Shown here: positions 25,707 through 37,869 of the stretch, piece by piece
Position numbering within the stretch: the stretch's first letter is position 1
Layout of the letters: every line of letters starts with the position of its first letter
Assembly (NCBI RefSeq): GCF_006345805.1
Contig: NC_043000.1
Span: forward strand, 88,722,001 to 88,786,000
Reading direction: 5' to 3'
DNA from: Octopus sinensis
Lineage: Eukaryota
DNA length: 64,000 bases
Program-made: the position numbers and the translations under genes
The notes under the pieces: generated by a model
Told to the model about the DNA's origin: nothing
What the model saw: only the letters and a program-made list of their open reading frames with translations
Databases searched by the model: none

Positions 25707-26962
25707 TGGTTGGGGTAGAGGGGTTGTCTGTTGGTGTTAGGAGGTCCTGTGTGTTTGTTATATTCCTTGTTGTGAAATATGGTTCGGGTTCGTGGTTGTG
25801 GATAGAATGGGGTGTTCCTGTATTGCGGGTGTTGGTGTGTGTTTCTTTGTGTTGTGATGGATTGTGGTGATATGAGTGGATTGCGTGGGTGCTTGTATCG
25901 AGTGGTATGGGTTTGTTGTGTATTGTGAGAGTTGAGAAAGTGAAAATTACCTTGTTGTCCCCTCGTGGTGTGGATGTTGTTGTGTCTATCCTGGTAGTGG
26001 GATCCTCTTTTATTTGTTAATAAGGTATTCGAGTAGTTGTTGAGTTGTTGTGTATAGCGTCTCCTTGAAGAGGGAAATTCGTTAATGTAATTCTGGTGGT
26101 GAGAGTTTCCAGGGTTCTTGTTCCTCCTTATGGACGTGGGGTAAGAAGGTACATCTTCAATATGCTGTTTCCTTCTTTTGTTCAAGGTTGGAGGGTTGGC
26201 GGAGTAGTTGTGTGGTTGGGTTCCTGGTTTTCCCATTTTTATGAACGGGTTATTGGAAGAGTAATCCGTTTTGAAAGTCGATTCATAGTTTAGGAACCAG
26301 GCGGCACTTTTTTCCCAGCGTTGTGGGGATTTTAGTTCCTCTTTGTTGCAGTCATCTTTCCATAACTTGGAGATCTTCTCTATGTGTAGGCTTTCGGCCT
26401 TGTTATTTATTACGAGGAGGACCTCTTCATCGATTGTTTTGACTCTTTCCTCATTTGTTTGGGCCCTTAATTTGAGAAGTTCAATCTCTGTTTTCAGTCT
26501 CTCTAATGCCATTCTTTCCCTAAGTCGTCTTTGAGGTTCAGGTTCATTGGGAATGGCTTTTAATTGTATTTTGCGGGGAAGAGTTAGAGGAGTAGAGTTC
26601 ATCCATTTTTCGTATATCTCGGCCTTGTTGTTGTTTCTAATCATTTTCCAGAAGGAGAACTTTCTGTCTCTGAGGGATTTGTTCCATTCTGGGATTATAT
26701 GATTTTTCAGTTTGTATGAATCAATTTGACATGGTTCTTCTTTGTTTTTGGCTGGGTTGGTGGTGGTGAAAAAGGTGTGGATCGTATCACACAGAGTTTG
26801 TAGCTTATCGCCGATTTCGGAGGGTTTGTGTCCGGTAATGGTTTCCTCATTAGTAGAGTCCAATTTGTTGACTAGTACAGAGAGGTTGGTGTTGATGTTT
26901 TTGAGTTCCTGTAGGATTTCTTCGTTTAAGTTGATTAGGGTGGTTTCAGTTTTTGTAGGCAT
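25667..26962 (-). CDS. PLE ORF1: 431-aa protein with predicted coiled-coil N-half and basic N/H/Q/R-rich low-complexity C-half
   Basis: Uninterrupted ORF from ATG 26962, between the 5' pLTR and pol; heptad-like LINLNEEILQELKNINTNLSVLVNKL and ALERLKTEIELLKLRAQ. Confidence 0.75.
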   Translation of the reverse strand: MPTKTETTLINLNEEILQELKNINTNLSVLVNKLDSTNEETITGHKPSEIGDKLQTLCDTIHTFFTTTNPAKNKEEPCQIDSYKLKNHIIPEWNKSLRDRKFSFWKMIRNNNKAEIYEKWMNSTPLTLPRKIQLKAIPNEPEPQRRLRERMALERLKTEIELLKLRAQTNEERVKTIDEEVLLVINNKAESLHIEKISKLWKDDCNKEELKSPQRWEKSAAWFLNYESTFKTDYSSNNPFIKMGKPGTQPHNYSANPPTLNKRRKQHIEDVPSYPTSIRRNKNPGNSHHQNYINEFPSSRRRYTQQLNNYSNTLLTNKRGSHYQDRHNNIHTTRGQQGNFHFLNSHNTQQTHTTRYKHPRNPLISPQSITTQRNTHQHPQYRNTPFYPQPRTRTIFHNKEYNKHTGPPNTNRQPLYPNHFLDTAHRYRQTK

Positions 26963-27252
26963 TTTCTGTATCTCGTGCGGGGATATGATATTTAAAAAAA
27001 GGAGATGTCGAAAACGAGTGGTGATATATAAAAAAGGAAATGAAGAAAATGCTGACAAATAATTGAAGTAATTTAAGTAATTTAATTAGGTGAAAGTTCT
27101 TTTTACCGGTTGCGCATTTGTTATGCTTATCAAAATATAAAAGAGAGATTAGAGTTCCTTTCTTATAGAATTTTTCCTCTTATCTGACTTTATGTTGGGT
27201 TTTCTGTCTCTTATATGTGAAAAAAAGAGGCTCCTTCATAATGTGAAAAAAA

Positions 27253-27557
27253 GTGACCCCTTCATAATGACCAATCAAAATTTTAGGCGCGAAACCAAGC
27301 AAATCCAAAACAACTCTGGAGCCTCTTTTTTTCACATATAAGAGACAGCAAACCCAACATAAAGTCAGATAAGAGGAAAAATTCTATAAGAAAGGAACTC
27401 TAATCTCTCTTTTATATTTTGATAAGCATAACAAATGCGCAACCGGTAAAAAGAACTTTGACCTAATTAAATTACTTAAATTACTTCAATTATTTGTCAG
27501 CATTTTCTTCATTTCCTTTTTTATATATCACCACTCGTGTTCGACATCTCCTTTTTT

Positions 27558-27561
<4 letters not shown>
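27253..27561 (+). repeat. Inverted 5' pseudo-LTR
   Basis: Reverse complement of about 26990-27234 plus 22725-22790. Confidence 0.93.
27419..27448 (+). ncRNA. Variant hammerhead-like motif in the pLTR (also on minus at 27104-27133 and 22595-22624)
   Basis: TTGATAA-GCAT-aacaa-ATGC-GCAA-CCGG-TA. Confidence 0.5.
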
Positions 27562-27629
<68 letters not shown>

Positions 27630-27659
27630 GTGAGCATGTAAATAAATGCAGATATATTA

Positions 27660-27912
27660 GTGCTATATTTAGGTGATGAGGAATTACGTACGTTATTTAC
27701 ATTTGACGGATATTTGTCATCTTATTTGTTGATAAAACAACGTTTCAGTGATATAACTTCCAGCCTTCATCCGGTGTCATGGGGAAATTTCGAACCTGGG
27801 TTCTCATTCCTAAGGTATTTTTCGATGTCATTGTTATTATGATTATTATTATTATCATCATTATTCAGGTCACTGCTTGGAATGAAAATCGGAATCTTGG
27901 ATTTAGTACCAG
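27660..27912 (-). mobile_element. tRNA-headed SINE with hammerhead-like 3' region (family H), 5'-truncated
   Basis: Reverse complement of the 28001-28250 element. Confidence 0.75.
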
Positions 27913-28000
27913 ATATGAGTAGCATATGGGAACTGGTATTAAGGAAGGATAGGAAAATATTAGATTTATAAGCCCTAAAATTCACTTCATAATTGTCTAC

Positions 28001-28250
28001 GGGCATATGGCCGTAGTGGTTAAGAGCGTGGGCTACTCACCCCAAGATTCCGAGTTCGATTCCAAGCAGTGATCTGAATAATAATAATAATAACAATAAC
28101 AACAATAATAATAATAATAACAACAACAACAACAACAGCAACTTTGAAAAATACCTTAGGAATGAGAACCAAGACTTCTAATGAAGGCTGGAGGATATAT
28201 TAGCTGAAACGTGTTAACAAGATGAGGACAAATATCCGTCAAATGTTAAT
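28001..28250 (+). mobile_element. tRNA-headed SINE with hammerhead-like 3' region (family H)
   Basis: A-box TGGCCGTAGTGG, B-box GAGTTCGATTC, (AAT/AAC)n linker, CTAATGA-A-GGCTG..TAGCT-GAAAC; ends at (TA)n. Confidence 0.75.
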
Positions 28251-28728
28251 TATATATGTATATATTATATATGTATATATATATATATGTTATACATAGA
28301 CACTAATATTTACATGCGTATGTTTATGTAGCCACTAATTTATTTTGGAATTCCTTAAATCTCTCAATATCTGAATTATATATAATCATATATAATATAA
28401 ATACATTGTATTTATATTGTGGTTGATTACTTTTGCTCCACCTGTAATAACAGTTATTTTGCTATTGCCATTCACATTCTTTTTAATGATGTCTGACTTA
28501 CAACTTCTTCGGTGAAATGTATTTTTGTATTTTACTCTCTCGTTTTTACAGTGTAATGGAAACCTCTTATTTGTTCTAGATATCTACTCTCAAATAATCC
28601 ATTCGCAACAATCCATTTTATTACGCTATATTTTCATTCTCATTGTCTATATTTCTTTATCCTTTATCTTCAGAACTCATTATCGTTTACTCAGTGTTAT
28701 CTTGGAACACGTATAGTGTTGTTGTTGA

Positions 28729-28740
28729 TATTATTATTAA

Positions 28741-28806
<66 letters not shown>

Positions 28807-28838
28807 CATTATTGTTATTATCATTATTATTATCATTA
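28729..28838. repeat. (ATT)n microsatellite
   Basis: Direct reading. Confidence 0.95.
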
Positions 28839-29003
28839 TTTACCTTTAATCTGTATGTTTGTTACAATTACTTGTCGAGACACACCCAGCGTCATAGGGC
28901 TAGTGAAGGATAAGAGATGTTACAGTATGACTGAATGTTCTTTTGTGGGTGGGTGAGTCGCAGGGGCAATAGCGAAATATCTTCATGTTATACAACACAT
29001 AGT

Positions 29004-29260
29004 GGGAGGCGCGTGGCTTAGTGATAAGGGTGTCAGCACCATGATCGTAAGATTCTGGTTTTGATTCCTGGACCGGGTGACGCGTTGTGTTCTTGAGAAA
29101 AACACTTCATTTCACGTTGCTCCAGTCCACCTAGCTGGCAAAAATGAGTAACACTGTGATGGACTGGTCTCCCGTCCAGCTGGGGAACACATACGCCATT
29201 GAAACCGGGAAACCGGGCCCATGAGCCTGGCTAGGCTTTGAAAGGGCGCATTTATTTTTT
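29004..29260 (+). mobile_element. tRNA-derived SINE with V-SINE-like central domain
   Basis: GGAGGCGCGTGGCTTAGTG head; CTGTGATGGACTGG..CCCGTCCAG and GAAACCGGG motifs. Confidence 0.7.
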
Positions 29261-29289
29261 TTACTTATTTAATACAACACATATATTTA

Positions 29290-29945
29290 AACTGAGAAGG
29301 TTTTTCTAAGGGTGTGGGCACTACCTGTCAGCACAATCTTTTGGAATTCTCTGAGGCATGGTTTCTCCTAGGATATTATCTAGATGTTTCTGACATCCCT
29401 TTCATATCATACATAGGGCACCTCCAATAACAGGAACAGTTGTCGCTTTACGATGCCACATATTTATATTTCAATATCCAGGTACTTATATTTACATAAT
29501 CTGTCAAATGACTTTACAGATACATTTTTATCTGTGGGTACACTTAGATCTATTAGTCTACAAGTATTTTCTTCCTCGTCTTTAGTGACTCTGGTCGATT
29601 AGCCTGGATCGTCCTGTCGGTGTTGACTGGAAAGTCCCAGAGGACAGTAACATTTTTACCTTCAACGACTGGCTCAGGATCATGTTGATACTAGTAAGCA
29701 GGAGTGCTTATTTTGTAGTGTTTACATATTTTCTAATATAAACACTGTCCTACACTACTGTGGAGATTTTTGCATTCATTTTGTCTCAGCACAGGATATC
29801 TCGAGACGTGATGGTCTATTGTTTCATCAAAGTTATTGCAGAATCTGCAGTTAGGGTCAGAGCCGTTGTGAAGAACGTTAACCTGGTCGTTTTTGGCAAG
29901 CCAGCTTTCATCTTGCGCCGCTAAAATGAAATCTTCAGTCTCTCG
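29290..29945 (-). pseudogene. Decayed R4/Dong RLE LINE C-terminus (zinc knuckle and RLE)
   Basis: ETEDFILAAQDE, CRFCNNFDETIDH, VLWDFPVNTDRTIQANRP. Confidence 0.8.
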
Positions 29946-30007
29946 TTATTGTTCTTGTTTTCCTGTCTATTTTGATTTGTTCATGTAGAGTCCAGTTAAG
30001 AATATTG

Positions 30008-30021
30008 TATTATTATTATTA

Positions 30022-30084
<63 letters not shown>

Positions 30085-30217
30085 TAGTAGTAGTAGTAGT
30101 AGAGGTAGTAGTAGTAGAGGTAGTAGTAGTAGTAGTAGTAGTAGTAGCAGCAGTAGTAGTAGTAGTAGTAGTAGCAGTAGCAGCAGTAGTAGTAGTAGTA
30201 GTAGTAGTAGCAGTAGC

Positions 30218-30258
<41 letters not shown>
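30008..30258. repeat. (TAG)n/(CAG)n microsatellite
   Basis: Direct reading. Confidence 0.95.
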
Positions 30259-30259
<1 letters not shown>

Positions 30260-30299
30260 TTTTCTATTATGGAAGACTCGGACAGTTCTTAAGTACCGG

Positions 30300-32305
30300 T
30301 TATTTTTTTACTTGAAGGCAATAACAAATTACTAAAGGATTTCAGTAGTGACTTCTCCATGATTCAAAGAGACAATTATCTCCATAGAATGCGAGCTGTA
30401 CCAAACAATGCAATATTCTGGATCATTTCGAGCCTGACAACAGCTCCAATATTCTTAATATGTTTTCCAAAGCCCTTGTAAACTGCTCCTAATGCTCCTC
30501 TTATCACTTTCCTATCTCGTCCCGCAGTGGTAGGTGTTTCTCAATCTTTTCTGTTTACTTATATTTCAACTTTGAATCGCCTGGTATTGCAACATCTATT
30601 ATCTTTTTTTTCCATCTTTATGGATGAGCACGATATCTAGTCGTCTCGCCTCGATGACTTGGTCGCACTGCATGTTAAAATCCCAGATTATTTTGCAACG
30701 TTCATTTTCCATTACTACCACTGGCTTCTGTTCATACCATTGTTCGGCTCTCCCCAGGTTTGCTTTGCTACACAACAGCCGTTGGACATATCTGGCCACA
30801 TTTTTGTGTCTCCTTTTGCATTCGCGTGGTGCATGCTCTCAGAACTCACTAACAATATGGCTTATACTTTCTCCCTTCGCAGAGCCCATCCTACACTGGC
30901 GAGTCAGTGCTTTTATCAATGAATGTGATATTTGGGGTAGTTTGTTTTGAGAGCTTGTTCTTGAGCGCTGCACAATAATACCTCAGTGGGCTCTTCTAAG
31001 TCTCCTTTCTGCAGCCATTGCCAGGTTCTATTCCAATCAATCTCATCTTTATACTTCCAGAACTGACTACATTTCCTTCTCCTGCCAAATTTTCTTCATC
31101 TGCTCTCTCTGATCTTTCTTAAATTCTGTTGGATGTAGGGCTTCGTTCACTTTTAAGGTTCCCTGCATTTTCACTGCTTCAATCACTAATTCTTTACTCC
31201 TCTTGACATACTAAGACATGCTATTCACCTCTTCCCTTACATAATCTTCACAACACACAAATCCCCGTCTTCCTTCTTTCCTCTTTATATACAATCCTGA
31301 CACATCACTCTTGAGGTGTAGTTCCTTGTTCATTGTCATTAATTTACGTGTTCTCCAAACTATCTCTTGTAATTCATGCTTCTTTCAAGATGCTATTGCT
31401 GTCCCATATATCATCAAAGCAACTGCCCACGTGTTAATTGCTCTAATCTTATAGCGACCATTTAGTTTCGATTGGAATACAAGCCGTCTTCTCAAATACT
31501 CTTTCCTGTGCATTTCTTTCATCTTGTGTTCATTTATCTTATCTCTTTCAATAATACGCAGGTACTTATAGCCTTCCTCTCCAACTCCCTTTATAGTTTC
31601 ACCACTTTCTAGCTTGACCCCATGACTTTTACTGATTTTCTTCCTTTTGAGAATCATTACACCACATTTCTCGATCCAAAATTCCATGCCAATATATTTG
31701 CTAATCATCTGCACAGTTGCCGTCTAACTCTCTATTCCTTTCTCAGTCTTAGCGAATGGTTTTAGGTTATCCATAAACCACATTTTGTTTACTTTCACCC
31801 TGCCTAACATATATCCCAAGCGCATCTTTCTTAAAACGTTCGTTAGAGGCAGTATGCAGGCAACAAATAGGAGAGGCGACAGACTGACCCCTTGAAAGAT
31901 TCCTCTTTTGATATTTACTTCTCCCAGCTTATCTCCCCATGTAGTGAGTTTAGTTCGCCATGTTGTCATTGAGTTTTGTATTAACTTCAGGATATTGTGG
32001 GAGACCTTAAGCAGTTTAAGGCATTCAGTAACATACGAGACCACATCATATGCTTTACTGTAGTTCATCCATGCCATCACTAAATTTTTGTGTCTCTTCT
32101 CTCAGTCAACCAGGGTAGTCTTGTTGATTAGTAATTGATCCGTCGTTCATCTGTTCTTACATCTACGCCCTTTTTGTTCTACTGGTAGTAGGTCGTTCTC
32201 ATTTAGGTACTTATAGATGCTGTTTCATATGATGCCCCTCATCAGTTTCCACATCAGTGGCAAACAAGATATTGGTCGGAAATTTTATATATACTCACCA
32301 TGACT
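30300..32305 (-). pseudogene. Decayed R4/Dong RLE LINE (RT to RLE)
   Basis: AWMNYSKAYD, RGIFQGVSLSPLLF, FMDNLK, YKYL, SKLNGRYKIRAINTWAV, IIWDFNMQCDQVIEARRLDIV; many stops and frameshifts. Confidence 0.9.
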
Positions 32306-32416
32306 AACCCTCTGATAAGGGTACATAAGGCCATCCATCGCAACCATATGTGCACGACCATGGCCTATAGAATTTTCCTCATGTCGAGTAGCCCATCCCG
32401 CTCAAAAGGTCCCTGA

Positions 32417-32436
32417 ATTATTATTATTATCATTAC

Positions 32437-32515
<79 letters not shown>

Positions 32516-32568
32516 GGTGGTGGTGGTGGTAGTGGTAGCAGCAGCAGTAGTAGTAGTAGTAGTAGCAA

Positions 32569-32607
<39 letters not shown>

Positions 32608-32646
32608 TAGTAGTAGTAGTTAGTAGTAGTAGTAGTAGTAGTAGTA
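32417..32646. repeat. Compound (ATT)(AGT)(GGT)(AGC) trinucleotide microsatellite
   Basis: Direct reading. Confidence 0.95.
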
Positions 32647-33469
32647 TGGCTATGAAACTCCTAGGCATCGAATAATAGATTTGAGCAAAATATGAGCCAA
32701 CATGTACTCTTCCATGTTGTTTCAAATGCTAGAAATAATACAAAAATTCCCTCAATTCACTGTAGTGACAAAGAGGAGAAATTAGACGCTACAATCCATG
32801 GTATTAAAAATTATAGTCTCGTCAATGACGAGTTTACCTGAGGCTAATAAACTGAAATAGCTATAAGTAGTTATTCCTGTAGATCTATCTTGGCATGAAT
32901 TAAAACCTGTTGTTATATTGTTTTTACTTCGTTCTAATTTTTATTTGAAGTCTTTTCGTGTTAACTGACTACATTTTTTCAACTGTTACTTTTAATGATA
33001 CTATTGTAAATCGGAGAGTATAGAAAAACAAAATAGGATACATGTAGAACAATAGAGAAATTAATGTACTACTTTTTAATTAAAACTTAAACACCGTACA
33101 AATTTAATTAATTCGATTAAATTTACATGAATATTTAAATGTCCGAACATAAAGAGAAAAGAAAATATTGAAATGAAATCGAAAAATCCAAAGATAGTCC
33201 TGCAACTCACGTAGAATTCCGTAACGTAACAATATGTGTAAGAGTTTATGTGTTCATGTATGCAATATATACATATAGCTGTGCATTGAAATATATACAT
33301 ATGCGTACATACATACATACATACACACACATACATACATACATACATACATACATACATACATACATACATACATACATACATACATACATACATACAT
33401 ACATACATACATGCACATATACATTCATACAAACTCGCATACATATATGTATTTATAATTATATATATT

Positions 33470-34578
33470 TAGAATGGCCTACGAATAGTTTTTAACCACC
33501 TGTTGATATCTTCTCCAGTTTTATTTTATTTTATATGATTTCAGTTCTATTTTTGAATTAATTGCAAGTTTAATTTGGTAAAACATAACAACGAATATCA
33601 ACGAGAGAATATATCGATGAATTAACACTCCGGAAAATCGATGTCTGGTATTAAATTAGAATGTTCTATTGAAAATAATTCAATTTTTCGGTAGTAATTA
33701 TCAATAACGTATTCATGAGTTGTATTAAAGAAGGACATTGCCAAGTGAAAAAGAGATCTGGGAAGATGAACAAAGATTCAAAGACAAAGAAGCCAGGTAA
33801 GACAGAAGGCACTAAACATCGTCTTGAAAATACAAGAGAGGGTGCAAACTCAATGGAAATGTCAGCGTATTGCATATGAACTGCATAAAAAAAAACCTTC
33901 GATAAGATCGAAGAGATGCGAGAAAGGAGTCAATAAGACCGAATTTATTCGAATAGGCTACAGTGTTCTATATCAAGGAAGATGAGATTTCGTTGTCAAA
34001 AATTTGGACTGACGAGAGTAAAGTCTGCCAGTTGTCCACTTCAAGGCAAATATATGAATGACGTAACAAGATTCAAACATGAGAATCAGGATTTTTGAAA
34101 GGTAGAACTAAACATAGTTACTATATGAGGAGAAGCCATTTCAGCAATAGATAACTCAGAGAGCATCGTTGTTGGAAATATCAAAATACTGTCGAATACT
34201 TGAAAAGAGCCAATTACCTATTTATTAAAATGCAGAAGGAGACAGGAGAATAAGTCTCTTGAAAGAAGACTGAGCTCCATGTCATACATATGAAATATCA
34301 CAAGCTTGAAAAGGAAGATATGTAATCAAATCTTTGAAATATGTTACTGAAAGCCCGAAGGCATGAAAGCTCCACGCTTTTAGCCACAAAGAATGCGTAT
34401 GGGAACAATTTGATAGAAAGTTGTGGGCAAGATCGCCGAAAGAAGCATTGATAGAAAAATAGATAAATATAGACCTATTTGTTAATGACTTGGAAGCACA
34501 CAGTATTTCGTTATGAAACCATAATATCCTACAAAGTATATTAAACGTTTTAATAAGTGAATATCGTGTACTACTGTA
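33470..34578 (+). mobile_element. Highly decayed Tc1-like DNA transposon
   Basis: IWTDESK and ED*APCH motifs; right end ...TACTGTA. Confidence 0.45.
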
Positions 34579-37500
34579 TATTAAATTTCTACTAATAATT
34601 TAACCAAATCCATGCTTAATCGCATTGTAATAAGCCAAACGATTAGTATGATTGACATCTACCGATGTCAATAACATTCCCAGTATTGTCGGACATTGTT
34701 GAGGTGTCTTGGAAACAGGCATACGGTTTGTGACGGCTCAAAAATCGCTCGAAGTCAGTATGTGTCCGAATGCAGTGACTATTCTGGGTAATGGTATGAG
34801 ACGACAGTTACTACTAAGGAGAGAGTGGTAGGTCAGGGGAAGTTTAACAACAATATGTTGGGGTGTACAGTGGGGGTGGATGGATGAGTGGTAGGTGTGG
34901 AGGAAGTGTGTAGTTGGAACACACGTGTTTTATTGTAGTAGAGAAAATCGAATGAAAGACGATTCTTTGATTACAGAGGAAAAATATGCTATTGGTCGAG
35001 AGAGGAAAGGCGGGAGGAGCTTGGATAAGGTCTTATAGTTGTTTTAGTAAAAACAGGTAGAGCAGGTGGTGGCACGTGAGCGTATACGAGAAGTGGGTGA
35101 GAATAGAGTCGCAGAAAGGAAAAGAGTAACAGGTGGAGTTCAGCCAAAGTAGGGATAACCGTAGGTAGTGAGGCTGAGTACAGGCGAAGGCGCATTAGGT
35201 GTTAGACATAGCGGGTAAGAGGAGAAGAAAATAGCGATAGTTTGGTATCATAAGAAATAATAAGAAATCATACATCCTAGTATAATAAATAGAGAGATAG
35301 AATATATAAATATATATTCATATAGGCATATATATGTGGTGGGGAGGTACAGATTAAAAACAGTCCAATAGGAAGAAATGGGTTGCTTTGTCTGTCCTAT
35401 TACTGAAACCTTTAGAGAATAAATACAATAGACAATGATTTTTGAAAATATTCTATCCAATAAATACTTTCCTCTGAACAAATTTCTTGGAAAATCGACC
35501 AATTCGATCTCCGACTATTACCATAAATGCAACCTCAGCATCGTTTATTATGTTTCAGTGTGAAATTTATTTAATGTGCAGCGAATTGCCTCAATTTATG
35601 ATATTTCCAGAAATATATTTTTCTGTATTGATTTAAAGCATCACATGAAATTTTATAGAAGTCCGATGATTGGTTACACATTCAATAAATGCCAAAGAAC
35701 TTTCTCCCGACAGATTAAACACACTCAAATAAATTCCAGATTTTATTACAAAATATTTATAATCTCCAGTGTAGCATTTTCTCTGTTTTGTTGGTTATTC
35801 CATTTCCTCCATATACAGGATGTGATAGAGATGGGTATAAATTTGTGGTTAATGACTATTAATTGATATAGATGCGTACGGTTCTGTAATATCTCATATA
35901 ACTTGAGATTGTTTGACGGCAAAATGATTACCGGAGTTGTTAAAGTCGGTAAATATGCTTTGCAGTAATTTCTTTTGGCTCTTTAATTTCTTAGTTCAAA
36001 TCACACAAGTCAATTTTGCAATTTATTCATCTGTGGGCACTAAAATTCCAGTACTAGAATCCATGGTATCAAATGATCCCCATCCCTTAAAAAACAAATT
36101 TGTTTACCCCCATGAAGGGATTATAACCGTACATTTAACGCAAAATTAATTTAAACGTGCATTGCCCCTTCTGATTTGGTTACAGATTGTGACAATATTT
36201 AAATATTTCTTTTTGTGTTATACATTTTTTCTAATTTTGTTGCTGAACTCGTAGATTTACAAAGAGTTATTGCGTTACTTAGAAACAAACTTTTGTTGCA
36301 ACCATAAGTTAACAGCAGCTGCATACAGACTAGTACTGTCTGGTCAACAGAAAAAAAAGATTTTTACATAGTATGATCAATATCATCGACAAGTTTTATG
36401 ATAAGAGTAAATTAGTCGTTTCTCTTCCCTGTCTTCGTTGAAACCTATAGTTTAGAGATTAAAATATTATGTAATGGAAAATTTTGCTTAAGAAATTTTG
36501 GAAACTTGTCAAACTTTGATTTCAAAATTACTCTAAGCTGTGTGGCTTCAACGGTGATCTCCAACTGATGGGATGTATAGACCAGTATATGTACAATAGT
36601 TTTAGTTGTAGCAGTGATGATGGCGTCGATGAGATATTCAGACTACTTACATCTGTTTCTGCTTTTCTCTCTAGCTCTTTCTCACTGTCTATCTCTCATT
36701 CCTCTGACAGATTTGGCTGCATCTACATGACCTTTGAAATCCCACTGACATTACGAGATTTGTAATAAAAGTCCTTTTATGCGACAACGTATTCAGAAGA
36801 TACTGAGAAGTGCTTTAAGTTTGGATATTTTTCGTTCAAATAATTCTTTGCCAGCTTCATATAACTGAAAGAATGGTTTTCTTAAGCTAGTTGATATTAC
36901 CAAAATATATCTTCATTTAAAAGGGAAGAAAAGATTGGTTGCTGCTGTTGTTAGAGTAAGCCCCATATCATGGAAACGAAATTCTACACGACGAAAAGTA
37001 AGATTTATAATGTGATGTGGATAACACAGACTTGTTAGGTATAATGAGATTTGCTTGTAAATATAAAAGCATCAGTTATAGAATAATATACAGGCGAAAT
37101 TGTACAGGAAAATATTCACACACACACACATTTTTGAATAATTTTTAATATTGCTAACGTTCGCATCACATAAATGAATTCGTGTGTGCGAACGAGTATG
37201 TGAATGTATGTTTTTATTAATATATATAAGCTTTTGTTTAAGATCAAGGTGTAATACTACAGACACGAATGTGTGTGTGAGTGTATACTATCTTTTAGAG
37301 ATATATTCTCTGGCAGATGTCTGTATATGTATAAAATTTGTAACATTGATGACACGACAAGGAAATAAATAATGCATTTTACAGGTTCTATATTAGAACA
37401 ACTGACAACGACTCTAATGGAAAACGTGAAACGACGTATCGTATCAGTTTCTGCCAATGGTTCTAATATAAAGAATGCGAACTTATTTTCTTTTCCCTCT

Positions 37501-37594
37501 GTCATCTTAGCCCTGCTGATAATATCTTTAACCGAAACGCTGAGGATTCAATCTATTGCAATAAAATTAGCTTATAGTTTTTTTAGCGTGTTAA

Positions 37595-37785
37595 GCTGGT
37601 AGAATAGTTAGCACGCCGGCATTTTGTCATTCTTTGTGTTTGGTTCCAAATATCGCCGAGGTCGACTTTGTCTTTCATCCTTTCGCGTTCGATAAGGTAA
37701 GTACCAGTTGAGCACTGGGATCGATGTAATTGACTTTCCCCCTCTTCAAAACTGTTGGCCTTGGGCCAAAATTTTAAACCAATAT
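37595..37785 (+). mobile_element. tRNA-derived SINE (family A)
   Basis: GAGGTCGACTTTGTCTTTCATCCTTTCG..TCGATAA..TAAGTACCAG. Confidence 0.75.
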
Positions 37786-37869
37786 TAGTTTATTGTTTGA
37801 GTTAGTTTTTCAAATGTTATAATTCTTACCGATTCAGACCACCTGTCTCTGAGCAGTGTTTCATATATA

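Larger units (their letters stand above)
22522..27561 (-). mobile_element. Near full-length Penelope-like retroelement, Neptune type, with direct and inverted pLTRs, inserted in (TA)n
   Basis: PLE RT plus Cys-rich linker plus C-terminal GIY-YIG; pLTR 22522-22725 repeated at 27026-27234; inverted copy at 27253-27561; (TA)n on both sides. Confidence 0.95.

Noticed and set aside
23433-27062. Plus-strand ORFs overlapping the PLE (and those over the Dong element at 48.7-51.4 kb)
   Set aside because: Antisense shadows of the minus-strand coding frames
28001-28070. tRNA gene
   Set aside because: No acceptor stem or full cloverleaf; it is a SINE head, as are the other tRNA-like segments
34680-35250. 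Purine-rich segment possibly from an I-clade/other LINE C-terminus
   Set aside because: Too decayed to recover diagnostic motifs
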